DNA of 64,000 bases from an uncultured Nitrospiraceae bacterium (GTDB lineage Bacteria; Nitrospirota; Thermodesulfovibrionia; Thermodesulfovibrionales; Dissulfurispiraceae): contig CAVPIW010000009.1 in assembly GCA_963705105.1 (NCBI GenBank), positions 32,001 to 96,000 on the forward strand. The letters run 5' to 3'. The number at the start of each line of letters is the position of its first letter. The stretch's first letter is position 1. The notes beneath the pieces were generated by a model that made no database searches, was not told the origin of the DNA, and worked only from the letters and a program-made list of their open reading frames with translations. The translations under genes and the position numbers were made by a program. Positions 37,785 to 48,070 of the stretch are shown piece after piece.

Positions 37785-38978
37785 TTACCGGTGCTTGTTC
37801 TGTTCAGCCCCTGGTGATGCCTCCGCTGCGGCACCGCATGTCCCGTCCTGCCCGGCACGATAGCGCTTCCGGGCCCTGCTGCCGATCGATGTGAGCACCT
37901 CGTAGGGGATGGTCCGCGCCCTCGCGGCGAGACCTGCGGCGTCGACGGCCTCCTCTCCCCCGTGACCGAGAAGGATGACATCGTCCCCCTCTTCCACGTC
38001 ATCGCAGCCGGTCAGGTCGATCATGGTCAGGTCCATGCAGACCCTCCCGACGACGGGATATCTCCTGCCCCTCACGACGACCTCGGCATTGTTCGAAAAG
38101 CAGCGGCCGTACCCGTCGGCATATCCGGCGGACATGACGCCGATGAGACTGGGCCTCGCCGTGACAAAGGTCCTGCCATAGCTGACGGGTGTGCCGGCGG
38201 GAAGCCTTCTGAGGGCCACAAGCCTCGCCTTCACTGTCATCACAGGTCTGAGAGTGTATGAAAAGTTTCCCTTGTGGCTTTCCGGCAGGGACAATGATCT
38301 CTCCACCGGTGAATACCCGTAGAGCATGAGCCCCGGCCGCACGGCATCAAAGTGGGATTCGGGGAGCGTCATGACGGCGGCGCTGTTGGCGATATGGTAA
38401 AGGGGGACTTCAATGCCCATGGCGGCGAGTCTCTGCCTGAGAGTCGCGAAGGTCGTGATCTGATGGTGTGCAAAAGAGACATCGAGCAGGTCGGCCTCGG
38501 AAAAGTGGCTCATGATCCCCCCGATGCGGATGCCTCTCAATGCGGCGATCCCTGCAATTTCAGAGTCCACATCTCCCGTCAGCCCCATCCGTCCCATGCC
38601 CGTATCGATCTTGACATGAATCGTGAGTGTCCGCCCCCGGCGTTCGGCTTCGTCGGAAAGGGCGGAGGCGGCTCTCCTGTCGCTCACAACGGGAATAAGA
38701 CCGTAACGGAAGACGTCCCTGAGATCGGGATCGAAAAAAACGATGACCGGCGCCGTTATGCCGGCGTCGCGCAGCTCCCTTGCCTCCTCGGTGAAAGCGA
38801 CACCGAGATACTCGACACGGAGCCTGGCGAGTTCACGGGAGACAGCGACAGCGCCGTGACCGTATGCATCGGCCTTAACGACGCCGATGACGGGTCGATG
38901 GGCCGCCAGGGCCCTGACCACCCCGAGATTCCGGGACAGCGCGTCAAGATCTATCTCTGCGACGGTTCCTCTATGCAT
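37785..38978 (-). CDS. alr: Alanine racemase
   Basis: VVKADAYGHG, HVKIDTGMGR, ANSAA, VRPG, GYADG, GRVCMD. Confidence 0.96.
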   Translation of the reverse strand: MHRGTVAEIDLDALSRNLGVVRALAAHRPVIGVVKADAYGHGAVAVSRELARLRVEYLGVAFTEEARELRDAGITAPVIVFFDPDLRDVFRYGLIPVVSDRRAASALSDEAERRGRTLTIHVKIDTGMGRMGLTGDVDSEIAGIAALRGIRIGGIMSHFSEADLLDVSFAHHQITTFATLRQRLAAMGIEVPLYHIANSAAVMTLPESHFDAVRPGLMLYGYSPVERSLSLPESHKGNFSYTLRPVMTVKARLVALRRLPAGTPVSYGRTFVTARPSLIGVMSAGYADGYGRCFSNNAEVVVRGRRYPVVGRVCMDLTMIDLTGCDDVEEGDDVILLGHGGEEAVDAAGLAARARTIPYEVLTSIGSRARKRYRAGQDGTCGAAAEASPGAEQNKHR

Positions 38979-39021
38979 CGATGGCTCGTGATGAACTTCG
39001 CCGTGCAATCACGGGAGAGGG

Positions 39022-39255
39022 TCAGGCCTTCTTGCCGCCCCCTTCACCTTCCTGTTTCTCCGGTTCGCCCTCCTTGCCTTCAGGGGCAGGCTTCTTGGGC
39101 GTTACATCGATCTCATCGGGTTCATTCGTCGCTTTTTTAAAATTCCTGATCGCCTCGCCGACGCCTTTTCCGATCTGCGGCAGGCGCGTGGCTCCGAAAA
39201 GCACGATGACGATGATCAGAATGATGATCAATTCCTGCATCCCGAGTCCGAACAT
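39022..39255 (-). CDS. tatA: Twin-arginine translocase TatA/E
   Basis: [29 protein letters not shown]. Confidence 0.95.
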   Translation of the reverse strand: MFGLGMQELIIILIIVIVLFGATRLPQIGKGVGEAIRNFKKATNEPDEIDVTPKKPAPEGKEGEPEKQEGEGGGKKA

Positions 39256-39302
39256 AGAATCCTCCGCGTTGTTGGTAACGACCGAAGCCGGTGTATGACC
39301 CT

Positions 39303-39920
39303 TTATCCCCTGCCCCTTTGAAGGGTCCGCATGATTTCCTCAAGGTCCTCAGGGGTGTTGATATTCAGGAACGAACGGCCGAAGGGGTCCTTCGCCCTCA
39401 CCTTCTCCTCATCAACGAAGCGAGACTTTATCTCTGCCAGGAACCTCTTCATCGTCGTCTTTTCCCCGCCGATCGCCTCTTCGAGAAAAGGCAAAGCACT
39501 CCACGAGTATACACCAAAGAGGGGTTGCGGTTCACCATGGCAGACGGGGACGGTCGCATCGGGCGATGTCGTCTCCCGTGCCGCCTCATGTTCAGCGCGG
39601 ACGAGAGATATGACGCCGGCGTTTACAAGGGGCATATCGCAGGCCAGGACGAAGACATCGCCTCCGGCGTTCAGCAGCGCCGAATAGATGCCGGACATGG
39701 GCCCCCTCGACGGAAGCACATCGCCGATGAGGGGAACACCGAGATGGAAGTAGGCCTCAGGCATGTTCGTGCTGATCATGACCAGCGGGAACAGGCCGGA
39801 CAGGATACCGAGGGTCCTTTCAATGATCGTCGTCCCCTCGATTTGGATGAAAGACTTGAGGGCGGGAAACCGCCTGTTGCTTCCCCCGGCGAGAATGACG
39901 CCGGCAGCAACACCCGTCAC
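39303..39920 (-). CDS. mobA: Molybdenum cofactor guanylyltransferase
   Basis: [28 protein letters not shown]. Confidence 0.92.
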   Translation of the reverse strand: MTGVAAGVILAGGSNRRFPALKSFIQIEGTTIIERTLGILSGLFPLVMISTNMPEAYFHLGVPLIGDVLPSRGPMSGIYSALLNAGGDVFVLACDMPLVNAGVISLVRAEHEAARETTSPDATVPVCHGEPQPLFGVYSWSALPFLEEAIGGEKTTMKRFLAEIKSRFVDEEKVRAKDPFGRSFLNINTPEDLEEIMRTLQRGRG

Positions 39921-40741
39921 CGGACGGTGATCCCCGCATAGCCGACGACATGCTCATAATCGCCGCTCACCTCCGCCGATGTGGCGTATTTCACGAGCCG
40001 CGCTCCGCTCGCACCGAGCGCCCTGGCCGCAAAAAGCATGATGGTGGCGGGCATAACGCCGCACATCGATATCCTTTCCCGCTTCACCGTCCCGTAGAGG
40101 CCTTCGGGATCGAGGGCGAGGACCCTCTCGATTGCAAGCCCGTCGAGTCTCCGGGCCACCGTGTCGGGGACATAATGGCTCATGTCGGAACTCACTGCGA
40201 TCACGGCGGGGTATCCCGACCCTCTTATCGCCGCCGCAATGCTCTCTCCCACGGCCTGGCACATCTCCAGGCTGATCTGCATAACCGTGATGGGTACAAT
40301 CTTGACCGTGCTTGAAAAGTATGCGATGAAGGGGAGCTGGAGCTCAAGGGAGTGTTCATAGACGTGGGCCTGCACGTCATCGGAAACGATTCGCCCGGCG
40401 CCGGTGACCCTTTCCGCAAGGGCCTCGTCGATCTCGAATGACGCCGCCGGGATCTCCCACCGGCCCGACTTCATGATGGAGACGTCCGAACCCAGTCCCG
40501 TGTGGTTCGGACCGAGAAGCACGAAGGTCTGGGGAAACTCGATGGCGGAATACACGGCTCCGGCGACATGACCGGAATACATCAGTCCGGCGTGGGGAGA
40601 GACAAGGGCGATCACCTTCTCCCTGGCAGCCGTCTCAACGACATAATCGCCGACTTCCGACCGGAGCCCCTGGGCTGTGCCCGAATAAAACTGCCCTGCC
40701 ACGGCAGGACGACGGACGAGTGTGCGCGATGACCGCTCCAT
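39917..40741 (-). CDS. AmmeMemoRadiSam system protein B (MEMO1 family)
   Basis: RRPAVAGQFY, PHAG, GPNH, EHSLE, SSDMSHY, SMCG, VGYA. Confidence 0.93.
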   Translation of the reverse strand: MERSSRTLVRRPAVAGQFYSGTAQGLRSEVGDYVVETAAREKVIALVSPHAGLMYSGHVAGAVYSAIEFPQTFVLLGPNHTGLGSDVSIMKSGRWEIPAASFEIDEALAERVTGAGRIVSDDVQAHVYEHSLELQLPFIAYFSSTVKIVPITVMQISLEMCQAVGESIAAAIRGSGYPAVIAVSSDMSHYVPDTVARRLDGLAIERVLALDPEGLYGTVKRERISMCGVMPATIMLFAARALGASGARLVKYATSAEVSGDYEHVVGYAGITVR

Positions 40742-42111
40742 CAGTACACCTCCTCCTCATATTCATAAGAGAGGTTCGTGAAATCGACAAACCTCGTGCT
40801 GTCGGCGAGAAAGGTAAGCTGAAAGACACCGGTCGGCCCGTTCCTCTGTTTCGCCACGATCACCTCGGCCTTCCCCTTGTTCGCCGGATTATTCTTGTTG
40901 TAAACCTCATCCCTGTATAAGAAAAGGATGACATCGGCATCCTGCTCGATTGCGCCCGACTCCCTGAGATCGGCAAGGGTCGGCTTTTTTTCGCCCCTCT
41001 GCTCCACGGCCCTGTTGAGCTGGCTCAGGGCGATGACGGGGATCTTGAGCTCCTTCGCGAGGGCCTTCAGGGACCGCGAAATCTCCGATATCTCCTGCTC
41101 CCTTCGCTCGAAGTTCCCCCTGCTGCGCATGAGCTGGAGGTAATCGACGACGACGAGACTGAGGCCGCCGTGCTCCATCTTGAGTCTCCTCGCTTTTGCG
41201 CGGATCTCGAGCACGGTGATGGCCGACGAGTCATCGATGAAAATCGGCGCTTCGGCGAGACGCCCCGCGGCATTCGTCAGTTTCGGCCATTCCTCACGGC
41301 TGATGAATCCCTTTCTCACCCGTGACGAATCGACGAGGCTCTCGGCGCAGAGCATCCTCAGGGCAAGCTGTTCTTTCGCCATCTCGAGACTGAAGACGGC
41401 AACGGGCTCTTTGAGACTGATGCCGACATGCTGCGCGATGTTGAGGGCGAATGCCGTCTTCCCCATGCCGGGCCTGCCGCCGATGACGATGAGATCGCCG
41501 GGCTGAAACCCCGATGTCATCTCGTCGAGGTCCTTGAAACCCGAGGGAATGCCCGTGATCGCCTCCTTGCGGTCGAAGAGGTGCTCGATCATCTTGAACG
41601 TATCTTTGATGACATCCTTCATGCTCGCGAACGATGTCTTGGTCCTCTTGTCGGCGATGTCGAAGATCAGCCTTTCGGCATGATCGACCATCTCGTCGGC
41701 GTCGAGACCTTCCTCGTACACCTTCGTCGATATCTGCGTCGACGCCCTGATGAGGGACCTCAGGAGGGCCTTTTCCCGGACAATCTTGGCGTGGTAGGTA
41801 ATGTGCGCCGACGTGGGGACGGCGTTTGCAAGGAGGGAGAGGTAGGGCAGACCGCCGATCTCTTCAATCCCGTTGTCGCGCCTCAGGTAATCGCTGAGGG
41901 TCACGACGTCCATCGGCTCGTTGCGGTCGAAGAGGCCGAGCATGGCCCGGTAAATACGGCGGTGAGATTCCCTGTAAAAGTCCTCCGGTGAGAGGATCTC
42001 GATGGCTTTCGGCAGCGATTCGTTGTCGAGCAGGAGGGCGCCGAGCACCGACTGCTCCGCCTCGATGTTCTGCGGAGGGAGCCTGTCTATTGCGACATCG
42101 CCGTCTCTCAC
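40741..42111 (-). CDS. dnaB: Replicative DNA helicase
   Basis: PPQNIEAEQSVLG, GRPGMGKT, DYLQL, LSQLNR, DLRESGAIEQDAD. No intein is evident. Confidence 0.98.
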   Translation of the reverse strand: MRDGDVAIDRLPPQNIEAEQSVLGALLLDNESLPKAIEILSPEDFYRESHRRIYRAMLGLFDRNEPMDVVTLSDYLRRDNGIEEIGGLPYLSLLANAVPTSAHITYHAKIVREKALLRSLIRASTQISTKVYEEGLDADEMVDHAERLIFDIADKRTKTSFASMKDVIKDTFKMIEHLFDRKEAITGIPSGFKDLDEMTSGFQPGDLIVIGGRPGMGKTAFALNIAQHVGISLKEPVAVFSLEMAKEQLALRMLCAESLVDSSRVRKGFISREEWPKLTNAAGRLAEAPIFIDDSSAITVLEIRAKARRLKMEHGGLSLVVVDYLQLMRSRGNFERREQEISEISRSLKALAKELKIPVIALSQLNRAVEQRGEKKPTLADLRESGAIEQDADVILFLYRDEVYNKNNPANKGKAEVIVAKQRNGPTGVFQLTFLADSTRFVDFTNLSYEYEEEVY

Positions 42112-42155
42112 GTGATACGAACCCAGGGCCCTCCCGCAGGGCGGAGGAAAAACAG

Positions 42156-42608
42156 TTACTCCGCCTGCTCGGGGACGACGCTGACGGTGATTTCGGACGC
42201 CACGTCCCTGTGAATCTTGACGGTCACCGTATAGGTGCCGAGCCTCTTGATAGGCTCTTCGAGATCGATTTTCCTGCGGTCGACCTCGATCCCCTGCTTC
42301 TGGAGGGCCTCGGCGATGTCCATGACCGTGACGGAACCGAAGAGCTTCTCCTCGTCGCCTGCCTTCGCAGGAATCGTGACGGCCAGACCGGAGAGCCTGG
42401 ATGCCACTTCTTCGGCACCGGCCCTGACCTTGCGCGCCTTTTCCTGTATGATCCTCTTCTCGTGCTCGAGAGCCTTCAGGTTTCTCGGGTTCGCCTCGAC
42501 GGCAAACCCCTTCGGGATGAGGAAATTCCGTGCGAATCCGTCCTTGACGGACACCATCTCCCCGATCTGACCCAGACTCTTGACATCCTCTTTCAGAATA
42601 ACCTTCAT
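42156..42608 (-). CDS. rplI: 50S ribosomal protein L9
   Basis: [30 protein letters not shown]. Confidence 0.97.
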   Translation of the reverse strand: MKVILKEDVKSLGQIGEMVSVKDGFARNFLIPKGFAVEANPRNLKALEHEKRIIQEKARKVRAGAEEVASRLSGLAVTIPAKAGDEEKLFGSVTVMDIAEALQKQGIEVDRRKIDLEEPIKRLGTYTVTVKIHRDVASEITVSVVPEQAE

Positions 42609-42722
42609 GCGACAGTTCTCCTCTCCATAAACATTTCTCAATCGTATCGGATTAGTATAAACGATTTCGATTCATTTCCTCCATGGCACGGAAGGAACAT
42701 CATATGCGACAAATACAGATTA

Positions 42723-42920
42723 GCCACAGAGAGCACAGAGGACACAGAGAAAAGCCTGGTTTGACGGTAAACGGCAAACAGGAGAAATTGGGGATCGTTG
42801 TGATCAGGAATTGTATGGGTAGCCGCAGGCTTCAGCCTGCGCTTGAAGCATATGTAAAAGCCTCCTCTCCGGTCTCGTTGCAGGAACGTCTTTCTCTGTG
42901 TTCTCCGTGACCTCTGTGGC
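42723..42920. repeat. Inverted repeat built of CACAGAG units enclosing a GTAG-type REP hairpin (42819-42841)
   Basis: GCCACAGAGAGCACAGAGGACACAGAGAAA ... TTTCTCTGTGTTCTCCGTGACCTCTGTGGC, with inner GTAGCCGCAGGCTTCAGCCTGCG. Confidence 0.75.
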
Positions 42921-42994
42921 AGAGTTGCCGTTTTTGTTTTGCGCGAGACCTCCTGAAATATATTCCTTCACTCACACTCACACCATCACTCACA

Positions 42995-43360
42995 CTAACT
43001 CTTCAGGTGCTCATGCAGGAAGGATCCGGGGATCATCCCGGCGGGAGCGGATAACAGCAGAAGCCTCTCGAAGGCCCGCTGACGGTCACGGCGGAACTCC
43101 TGTCCGCGGGCTGACTTGAGGACGACGAAATCCAGGTAGACGAACCACTCCCTGTCAGCGGCACGGAGAAAGCCGCCGCGGTAGCCCCCGGGGGAAGGCG
43201 TCGGTGGCTCCCCCTCCCAATGCTCAAGGGCATCCCAGACGGAAAGGAAACGGGGAACGATTCCCCGCATGATGACCCATTTCGGGTCCGGCCGGCTCGT
43301 GAAGAGTCTGACTCCTCCGACCCAGTCTTCACGCACGTCATTTTGTCTTGAGATGTTCAT
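42995..43360 (-). CDS. Hypothetical protein
   Basis: ORF of about 120 aa with plausible composition between repeat patches. No recognised motif. Confidence 0.5.
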   Translation of the reverse strand: MNISRQNDVREDWVGGVRLFTSRPDPKWVIMRGIVPRFLSVWDALEHWEGEPPTPSPGGYRGGFLRAADREWFVYLDFVVLKSARGQEFRRDRQRAFERLLLLSAPAGMIPGSFLHEHLKS

Positions 43361-43424
43361 ACACAACCGTCATGCAGATGTTCTTTCTTTGCGCTCTTTG
43401 CGGCTTTGCGCGAGTCTGACTTGA

Positions 43425-43641
43425 CCTTGTCGTTGCATACGCTTTTTGGAAAGGCGGGGCTGGGGTGAATGCGCCGAAAACCTTGCTGCGCGACTCCTGT
43501 ATCAGAACGACAGACGGTCTATACACCAATGATCGATGACACGAAGAGTGGAATCCTGAATGACGAACCTGACGAGGCTCATCGTCGTCTTCAGCAAGGC
43601 TTTGAGGCGCTTCGCCCCGCCTTTTATACGCAACTGTAAGG
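43425..43641 (+). mobile_element. MITE-like repeat, subtype A, TSD TTGA
   Basis: ttga-CCTTGTCGTTGCA...GAAAGGCGGGGC...CGCCCCGCCTTTT...GCAACTGTAAGG-ttga. Confidence 0.88.
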
Positions 43642-43731
43642 TTGAGATATATTCCCGATACCGGCACGATCAATACACCGCATTCCTTTCACTCACACTC
43701 ACACTGACACTCGCACTGCATTTCCGGCGAG

Positions 43732-44367
43732 TCACGATCCGGGTTGCCCGGCCGGCAGAGTGTTGAGTGCCCTGGCCATGTCATCAGCCAGACGGTCCAA
43801 AGCCCTGCTCATGGCGGCAACGAGAGACTCATAGCCATCTCCCGACGTCTGTTCGACATAGGATGCCTCGCGGACAAGAAGCACGGCGGAGTCCTTTTCG
43901 TCAAACAGCGTCCATAAAGCCCTCAGCATCACTTTCCCTCCGGTCTCCCCTTCGAACTCCTCCACAAGCACGGCGATGCGATAGGAGACGGGGATCTGGA
44001 ACGAGGCAACGGGCCTCCATGGTATGACGGTGAAGCGATCAGCGGGGACCCGGGCCGAGATGTGCTGGGCAAGAAAACGGGGCACGGCGCTTCTCAGCGG
44101 TCCGGCCCATCGTTCGAACTCGGCAATATAAATTTCGTTCCCGGCACCGCGGGTGACGATCTGGGGCCTGTCGAGATAGTCGGGGATGTTGACCGGGCCG
44201 ACGGCGATGACAGAAGCGATCCCTTCCGCCACCCTCTGCTCCGATGCGGGAGTCCCTGATACCCCCAGTGTGTAAAAACGTGACGACTGGGTGCTCCCGC
44301 ACCCCATAATCGAAACGATCAGACTACCCAGCAGGACGATCATAGTCAGAGCACGACCATGTCTCAT
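43732..44367 (-). CDS. PqiC-family (ABC transport auxiliary) lipoprotein
   Basis: Lipobox MGC, VGPVNIPDYLDRPQIV, RWAGPL. Confidence 0.9.
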   Translation of the reverse strand: MRHGRALTMIVLLGSLIVSIMGCGSTQSSRFYTLGVSGTPASEQRVAEGIASVIAVGPVNIPDYLDRPQIVTRGAGNEIYIAEFERWAGPLRSAVPRFLAQHISARVPADRFTVIPWRPVASFQIPVSYRIAVLVEEFEGETGGKVMLRALWTLFDEKDSAVLLVREASYVEQTSGDGYESLVAAMSRALDRLADDMARALNTLPAGQPGS

Positions 44368-45377
44368 TTCTTCACTCCTCCCCCTGCTCTTTTGCCTCTG
44401 ATCGGTGAGTCGGGATACCTTTCCAGCAGGTCGGCAAGATCCCGCAAGGATTGTGAGAGCGCGCTGATTTCCTCGAGAGTTTCGCTGATCCGGAACCAGA
44501 GGCCGTCCGTTTTCTGCAACGTCAACTGCGCCCTTTCCGCCGTCCTGCGCACCTCATCCAGGGAAGAACGTGCCGATGCCAGTGTCTCCTTCATGCCCGC
44601 TGCGATCTCACCGGAAGCCCCTTCATTCATGGCTATCGTCTTTTCAGCCTGCACCAGCGTGGACCGCGCAGTCCTGAGGGTTTCCTGGACACTTGCGGAA
44701 ATCGGTTTCACCTCGGCGTCTGCGTCTTGTGCGAGCTTATCAGCGCTCTTCAGGGCGTTGTCCAGAGACTTCAGGCTCGCCTGCAGGTCCGGGGAATTGA
44801 CCAGTTTATCCATGCCGTTGGCTATGCTCTCAAGCTTCTTGCCGATCTCCTGCCACGGTATCTCCTCAAGAGTCTTTCTGAGGCGTTCAAAATCCGTCGG
44901 TATGGTCGGCACTTCGGGGTGGCTCTTGTCGAGTCCGTAGAGTTTTCCTTTCTGCTCCGGCGGGTACATGTCGACGGCCACGATGAGCAGTCCTGTCACG
45001 AAGCTCTGGAGCTGAAGCTGTGCCCTGAGTCCCTGTTCTATGAGTCCGGACAGTTCTTCTCCCTCACCGATCTCTACACTATCTCCGAAGACCGAAACGG
45101 ATTCCGGGTCCATCTCCGTAATCACACGGACGAGAAACTCCTTCTTCTTCGCTATGTAGATAAGGTCGACGGCGGCGACCTGCCCGATCTTGACGCCGCG
45201 AAAGACGACGGGAGCGCCCACATTGAGGCCCTTTGCCGAGCCCTCGAAGAACATCACGTGTTTGTTGACCTTCTTGAAGAACTTGCCCGAGCCGAAGACC
45301 ATCAGGCCTGCGACGACAAGGGCGATCGCGCCTATGACAAAAACTCCGATGAGGGTCTTGTTCGCCTGCTTACTCAT
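44364..45377 (-). CDS. MlaD/MCE family protein
   Basis: FEGSAKGLNVGAPVVFRGVKIGQV, QSFVTG, a coiled-coil tail and PDSPIRG. Confidence 0.92.
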   Translation of the reverse strand: MSKQANKTLIGVFVIGAIALVVAGLMVFGSGKFFKKVNKHVMFFEGSAKGLNVGAPVVFRGVKIGQVAAVDLIYIAKKKEFLVRVITEMDPESVSVFGDSVEIGEGEELSGLIEQGLRAQLQLQSFVTGLLIVAVDMYPPEQKGKLYGLDKSHPEVPTIPTDFERLRKTLEEIPWQEIGKKLESIANGMDKLVNSPDLQASLKSLDNALKSADKLAQDADAEVKPISASVQETLRTARSTLVQAEKTIAMNEGASGEIAAGMKETLASARSSLDEVRRTAERAQLTLQKTDGLWFRISETLEEISALSQSLRDLADLLERYPDSPIRGKRAGGGVKK

Positions 45378-45407
45378 ACGTCGCTCCTTCCGCCCGCTCT
45401 CTTCACA

Positions 45408-46172
45408 TTATGCCACATGTTTTCCCCTGGTGAGAAAACGTACGATCGTTGGGTCCGTCGACTCCGCAAGGAGTTTCCCGGGATTCCCACTTGCGATCAT
45501 CGTCTTCGTCTCGGCGTCGAGGAAGACGGAGTTGTTGCCGATGGCGAATATACTCGGAAGCTCGTGGGTTACGATAACGACCGTCGCGCCCAGGCTGTCC
45601 CGAATCTCGAGGATGAGGTCATCGAGCAGTTGTGAGCTGATCGGGTCGAGCCCTGCCGATGGTTCATCGAAAAACAGGATCTCCGGATCGAGGGCCATGG
45701 CCCGGGCAAGGCCGGCCCGCTTCCTCATGCCGCCGCTGATCTCAGACGGATAATAACCCTCGAACCCCGCCAGACCGACGAGGGAGAGCTTCAACGAGAC
45801 GATCTCCCCGATCTGCCGCGTGTTCAGGACCGTGAATTCATGAAGGGGAAGAGCCACGTTTTCCGCCAGCGTGAGGGAGCTCCAGAGGGCGCCGCTCTGG
45901 TAGAGGATCCCGAAGCTCCTCATGATGAGCTCCTGCTCCTCCGGCCCGGCGTCCCAGTAGCTCACGCCGTTGTAAAGGACCCGGCCCTTCGCGGGCCTCA
46001 CGAGACCCACCATGTTTCTGAGGAGTGTGCTTTTTCCGCACCCGCTGCCGCCCATGATGATGAAGATGTCACCCCTGCAGACGGTGAATGTGAGGTCGCG
46101 CTGGATCACCCTGTCCCCGTAGGCCATGGTCAGGTCCTCCACGACGATGTGCGGCTCCGGACTTCCTGTCAT
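45408..46172 (-). CDS. MlaF-like ABC transporter ATPase
   Basis: GGSGCGKS, ISGGMRKRAGLARA, FDEPSAGLDP. Confidence 0.93.
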   Translation of the reverse strand: MTGSPEPHIVVEDLTMAYGDRVIQRDLTFTVCRGDIFIIMGGSGCGKSTLLRNMVGLVRPAKGRVLYNGVSYWDAGPEEQELIMRSFGILYQSGALWSSLTLAENVALPLHEFTVLNTRQIGEIVSLKLSLVGLAGFEGYYPSEISGGMRKRAGLARAMALDPEILFFDEPSAGLDPISSQLLDDLILEIRDSLGATVVIVTHELPSIFAIGNNSVFLDAETKTMIASGNPGKLLAESTDPTIVRFLTRGKHVA

Positions 46173-46190
46173 GCCCTTATCCGCATGGTG

Positions 46191-46615
46191 CCGTCACCTA
46201 TGCAATAGGACCTCCGGAAAGGCGGGGTAAATGCGCCGAAAAGCCTCGGTGCTGCGAAACCTTTGCCTTCCCGGAAAGACCATTTCAGGCCGACGATCGA
46301 TGACACAAAGGATGAATGCCCGATAAACCGATAATAAACCTTGTAGTTGTATAGAAAGGCGGGGCGAAACGCCTCAAAGCCTTGCTGAAGGCGACGATAC
46401 GCCTCGTCAGGTTTGTGTTTCAGGATTCCACTCTTTGTGTCATCGACTATGGAAGTATAGTTCATCATGCGTTTTGATATAGGAGTCGCCGCAGCAAGGT
46501 TTTCGGCGCATACACCCCGCCTTTCCCGGGAGTGTATTGCAACGATAAGGCAAACAATCATACCCTCTATCAGCGAGGCTTTGAGGCGTTTTGCCCCGCC
46601 TTTGCATGCAACGGG
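46191..46615 (+). mobile_element. MITE subtype B carrying a nested inverted subtype A copy (46339-46550)
   Basis: The outer element matches 8120-8318. The insert CCTTGTAGTTG...GCAACGATAAGG is flanked by TAAA/CAAA at the site that reads ATAATAAACAATCAT in the empty copy. Confidence 0.85.
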
Positions 46616-46620
46616 AATGT

Positions 46621-47778
46621 TCATATCCCGAGGACATGGCAGACCACCGTAATGACGGCCGTCGCCACGACGATGCTCACTATGCCCGTCACGACGGCGG
46701 ATGTGGCGGCTTCGCCGACGGCAGACGCGCTCCTTCCGCACTGCATGCCCCTGAGACAGCCCGAAAGGGCGACGAGGACCCCGAAGACGGCGGCGCTGAA
46801 GAGGCCGACCCAGAAATCGTTCACCTTCACCGACTCCTGCGTCTTCAGATAGTACTCCATGAAGTTCAGATCGAGCATGAAGACGCCGATGACGACGCCC
46901 CCCAGGACACCCAGCAGGTCCGCATAGAGACTCAGAAGAGGCATCATGAGGGACAGGGCGAGCATCCTCGGCAGCACGAGGAATTCCACGGGAGAGATGC
47001 CGAGCGTCCTGAGCGCATCGATCTCCTCATTCACCTGCATCGTGCCCAGTTGGGCGGCAAAGGAGGCTCCTGTCCTGCCTGCCATGATGATGCCGGTCAT
47101 GACCGCGGCGAGGGCGCGGACCATACCGATGCCCACGAGGCTTGCCACGTAGATCTGAGCGCCGAAGATCTTGAGCTGAATGGCGCCGATAAAGGCGAGG
47201 ATGAGGCCGACGAGGAAGCTGATGAGCGAGACGATGGGAAGGGCCTGGGCGCCGCATTCCTGGATGATGACGAAGAGGTCGGATCGCCTGAACCGTGCCT
47301 TCCCTGCGAAGAGGCGAAGGAGGGCGAGCATGGCCTCCCCGAGAAAGGCCACCGTCTCCGTGACGCCCCGCTGGAACGACAGGGCTGATTCGCCTGCCTC
47401 TTCAAAGAAGGAGAAACGGGCCGCCTCCTTGCGTGTGCCCGCCCTTTCCGGGACGGCCGTCGCAAGCCGGAAGAGCCGTCGTGCGCCTTCCGGCAGGCCC
47501 TCCTGATCCATGGGAATGTTCATCTGTGCGCACTCGGCGGACATCTTCAACAGAAAGGTGAGGAGGCTGCTGTCCCAGCGGGCAAGCTCCGAGGAATCGA
47601 AGGCCACCCGTCTGACGGCAGTGAGGGATGACAGGTCCCTGAGGGTGTCATCGACTGGGGGCAAAGGGAGCGCCATTGTCCATTCGCCGCTCAGACGGAC
47701 CACGGCGGATTCATCGGCCCCCGGGACGACCCGCGCCTGCGGCGGCTGCACGTCTGCATGCAACGGTTCCAGCATCAA
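46621..47778 (-). CDS. MlaE-family permease with N-terminal STAS domain
   Basis: WDSS, GRTGASFAAQLGTMQVNEEIDAL, VLPR, VGEAATSAVV. Confidence 0.92.
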   Translation of the reverse strand: MMLEPLHADVQPPQARVVPGADESAVVRLSGEWTMALPLPPVDDTLRDLSSLTAVRRVAFDSSELARWDSSLLTFLLKMSAECAQMNIPMDQEGLPEGARRLFRLATAVPERAGTRKEAARFSFFEEAGESALSFQRGVTETVAFLGEAMLALLRLFAGKARFRRSDLFVIIQECGAQALPIVSLISFLVGLILAFIGAIQLKIFGAQIYVASLVGIGMVRALAAVMTGIIMAGRTGASFAAQLGTMQVNEEIDALRTLGISPVEFLVLPRMLALSLMMPLLSLYADLLGVLGGVVIGVFMLDLNFMEYYLKTQESVKVNDFWVGLFSAAVFGVLVALSGCLRGMQCGRSASAVGEAATSAVVTGIVSIVVATAVITVVCHVLGI

Positions 47779-47806
47779 CGATAACTCCCGTTTTGTCTGT
47801 CTTTTT

Positions 47807-48005
47807 CCTTATCGCTGTGAACGCCCAACCGGAAGGCGTGGCTGGGGTGAATGCGCCGAAAACCTTGATGCGGCGCCACCATAACCGTCACAGAAGGCAA
47901 TGTTTCAAGCCGATGTCAACGAAAAAAGTGATCCTGATTACAACATGACAATGCACATCCTGTCTTTCAGAGCGCTTCGCCCCGCCTTTTTCATGCAGCA
48001 ACAGG
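47807..48005 (+). mobile_element. MITE-like repeat, subtype A variant, TSD TTTT
   Basis: tttt-CCTTATCGCTG...GCGCCGAAAACCTTGATGCGGCG...CGCCCCGCCTTT...GCAACAGG-tttt. Confidence 0.82.
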
Positions 48006-48070
48006 TTTTTTCAAAATCATACCCGAAAAGGACGGGGTCGTCAAGAGAAATGACGGACAGAGAGCGGGTG

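Noticed and set aside
7799..46741. Small ORFs containing ALRRFAPPF / GKADVVKSLS / AYAPKTL (e.g. 7799-8389, 9444-9812, 31788-32096, 43338-43673, 46169-46741)
   Set aside because: These are frames running through the repeat family and are not supported as independent genes.
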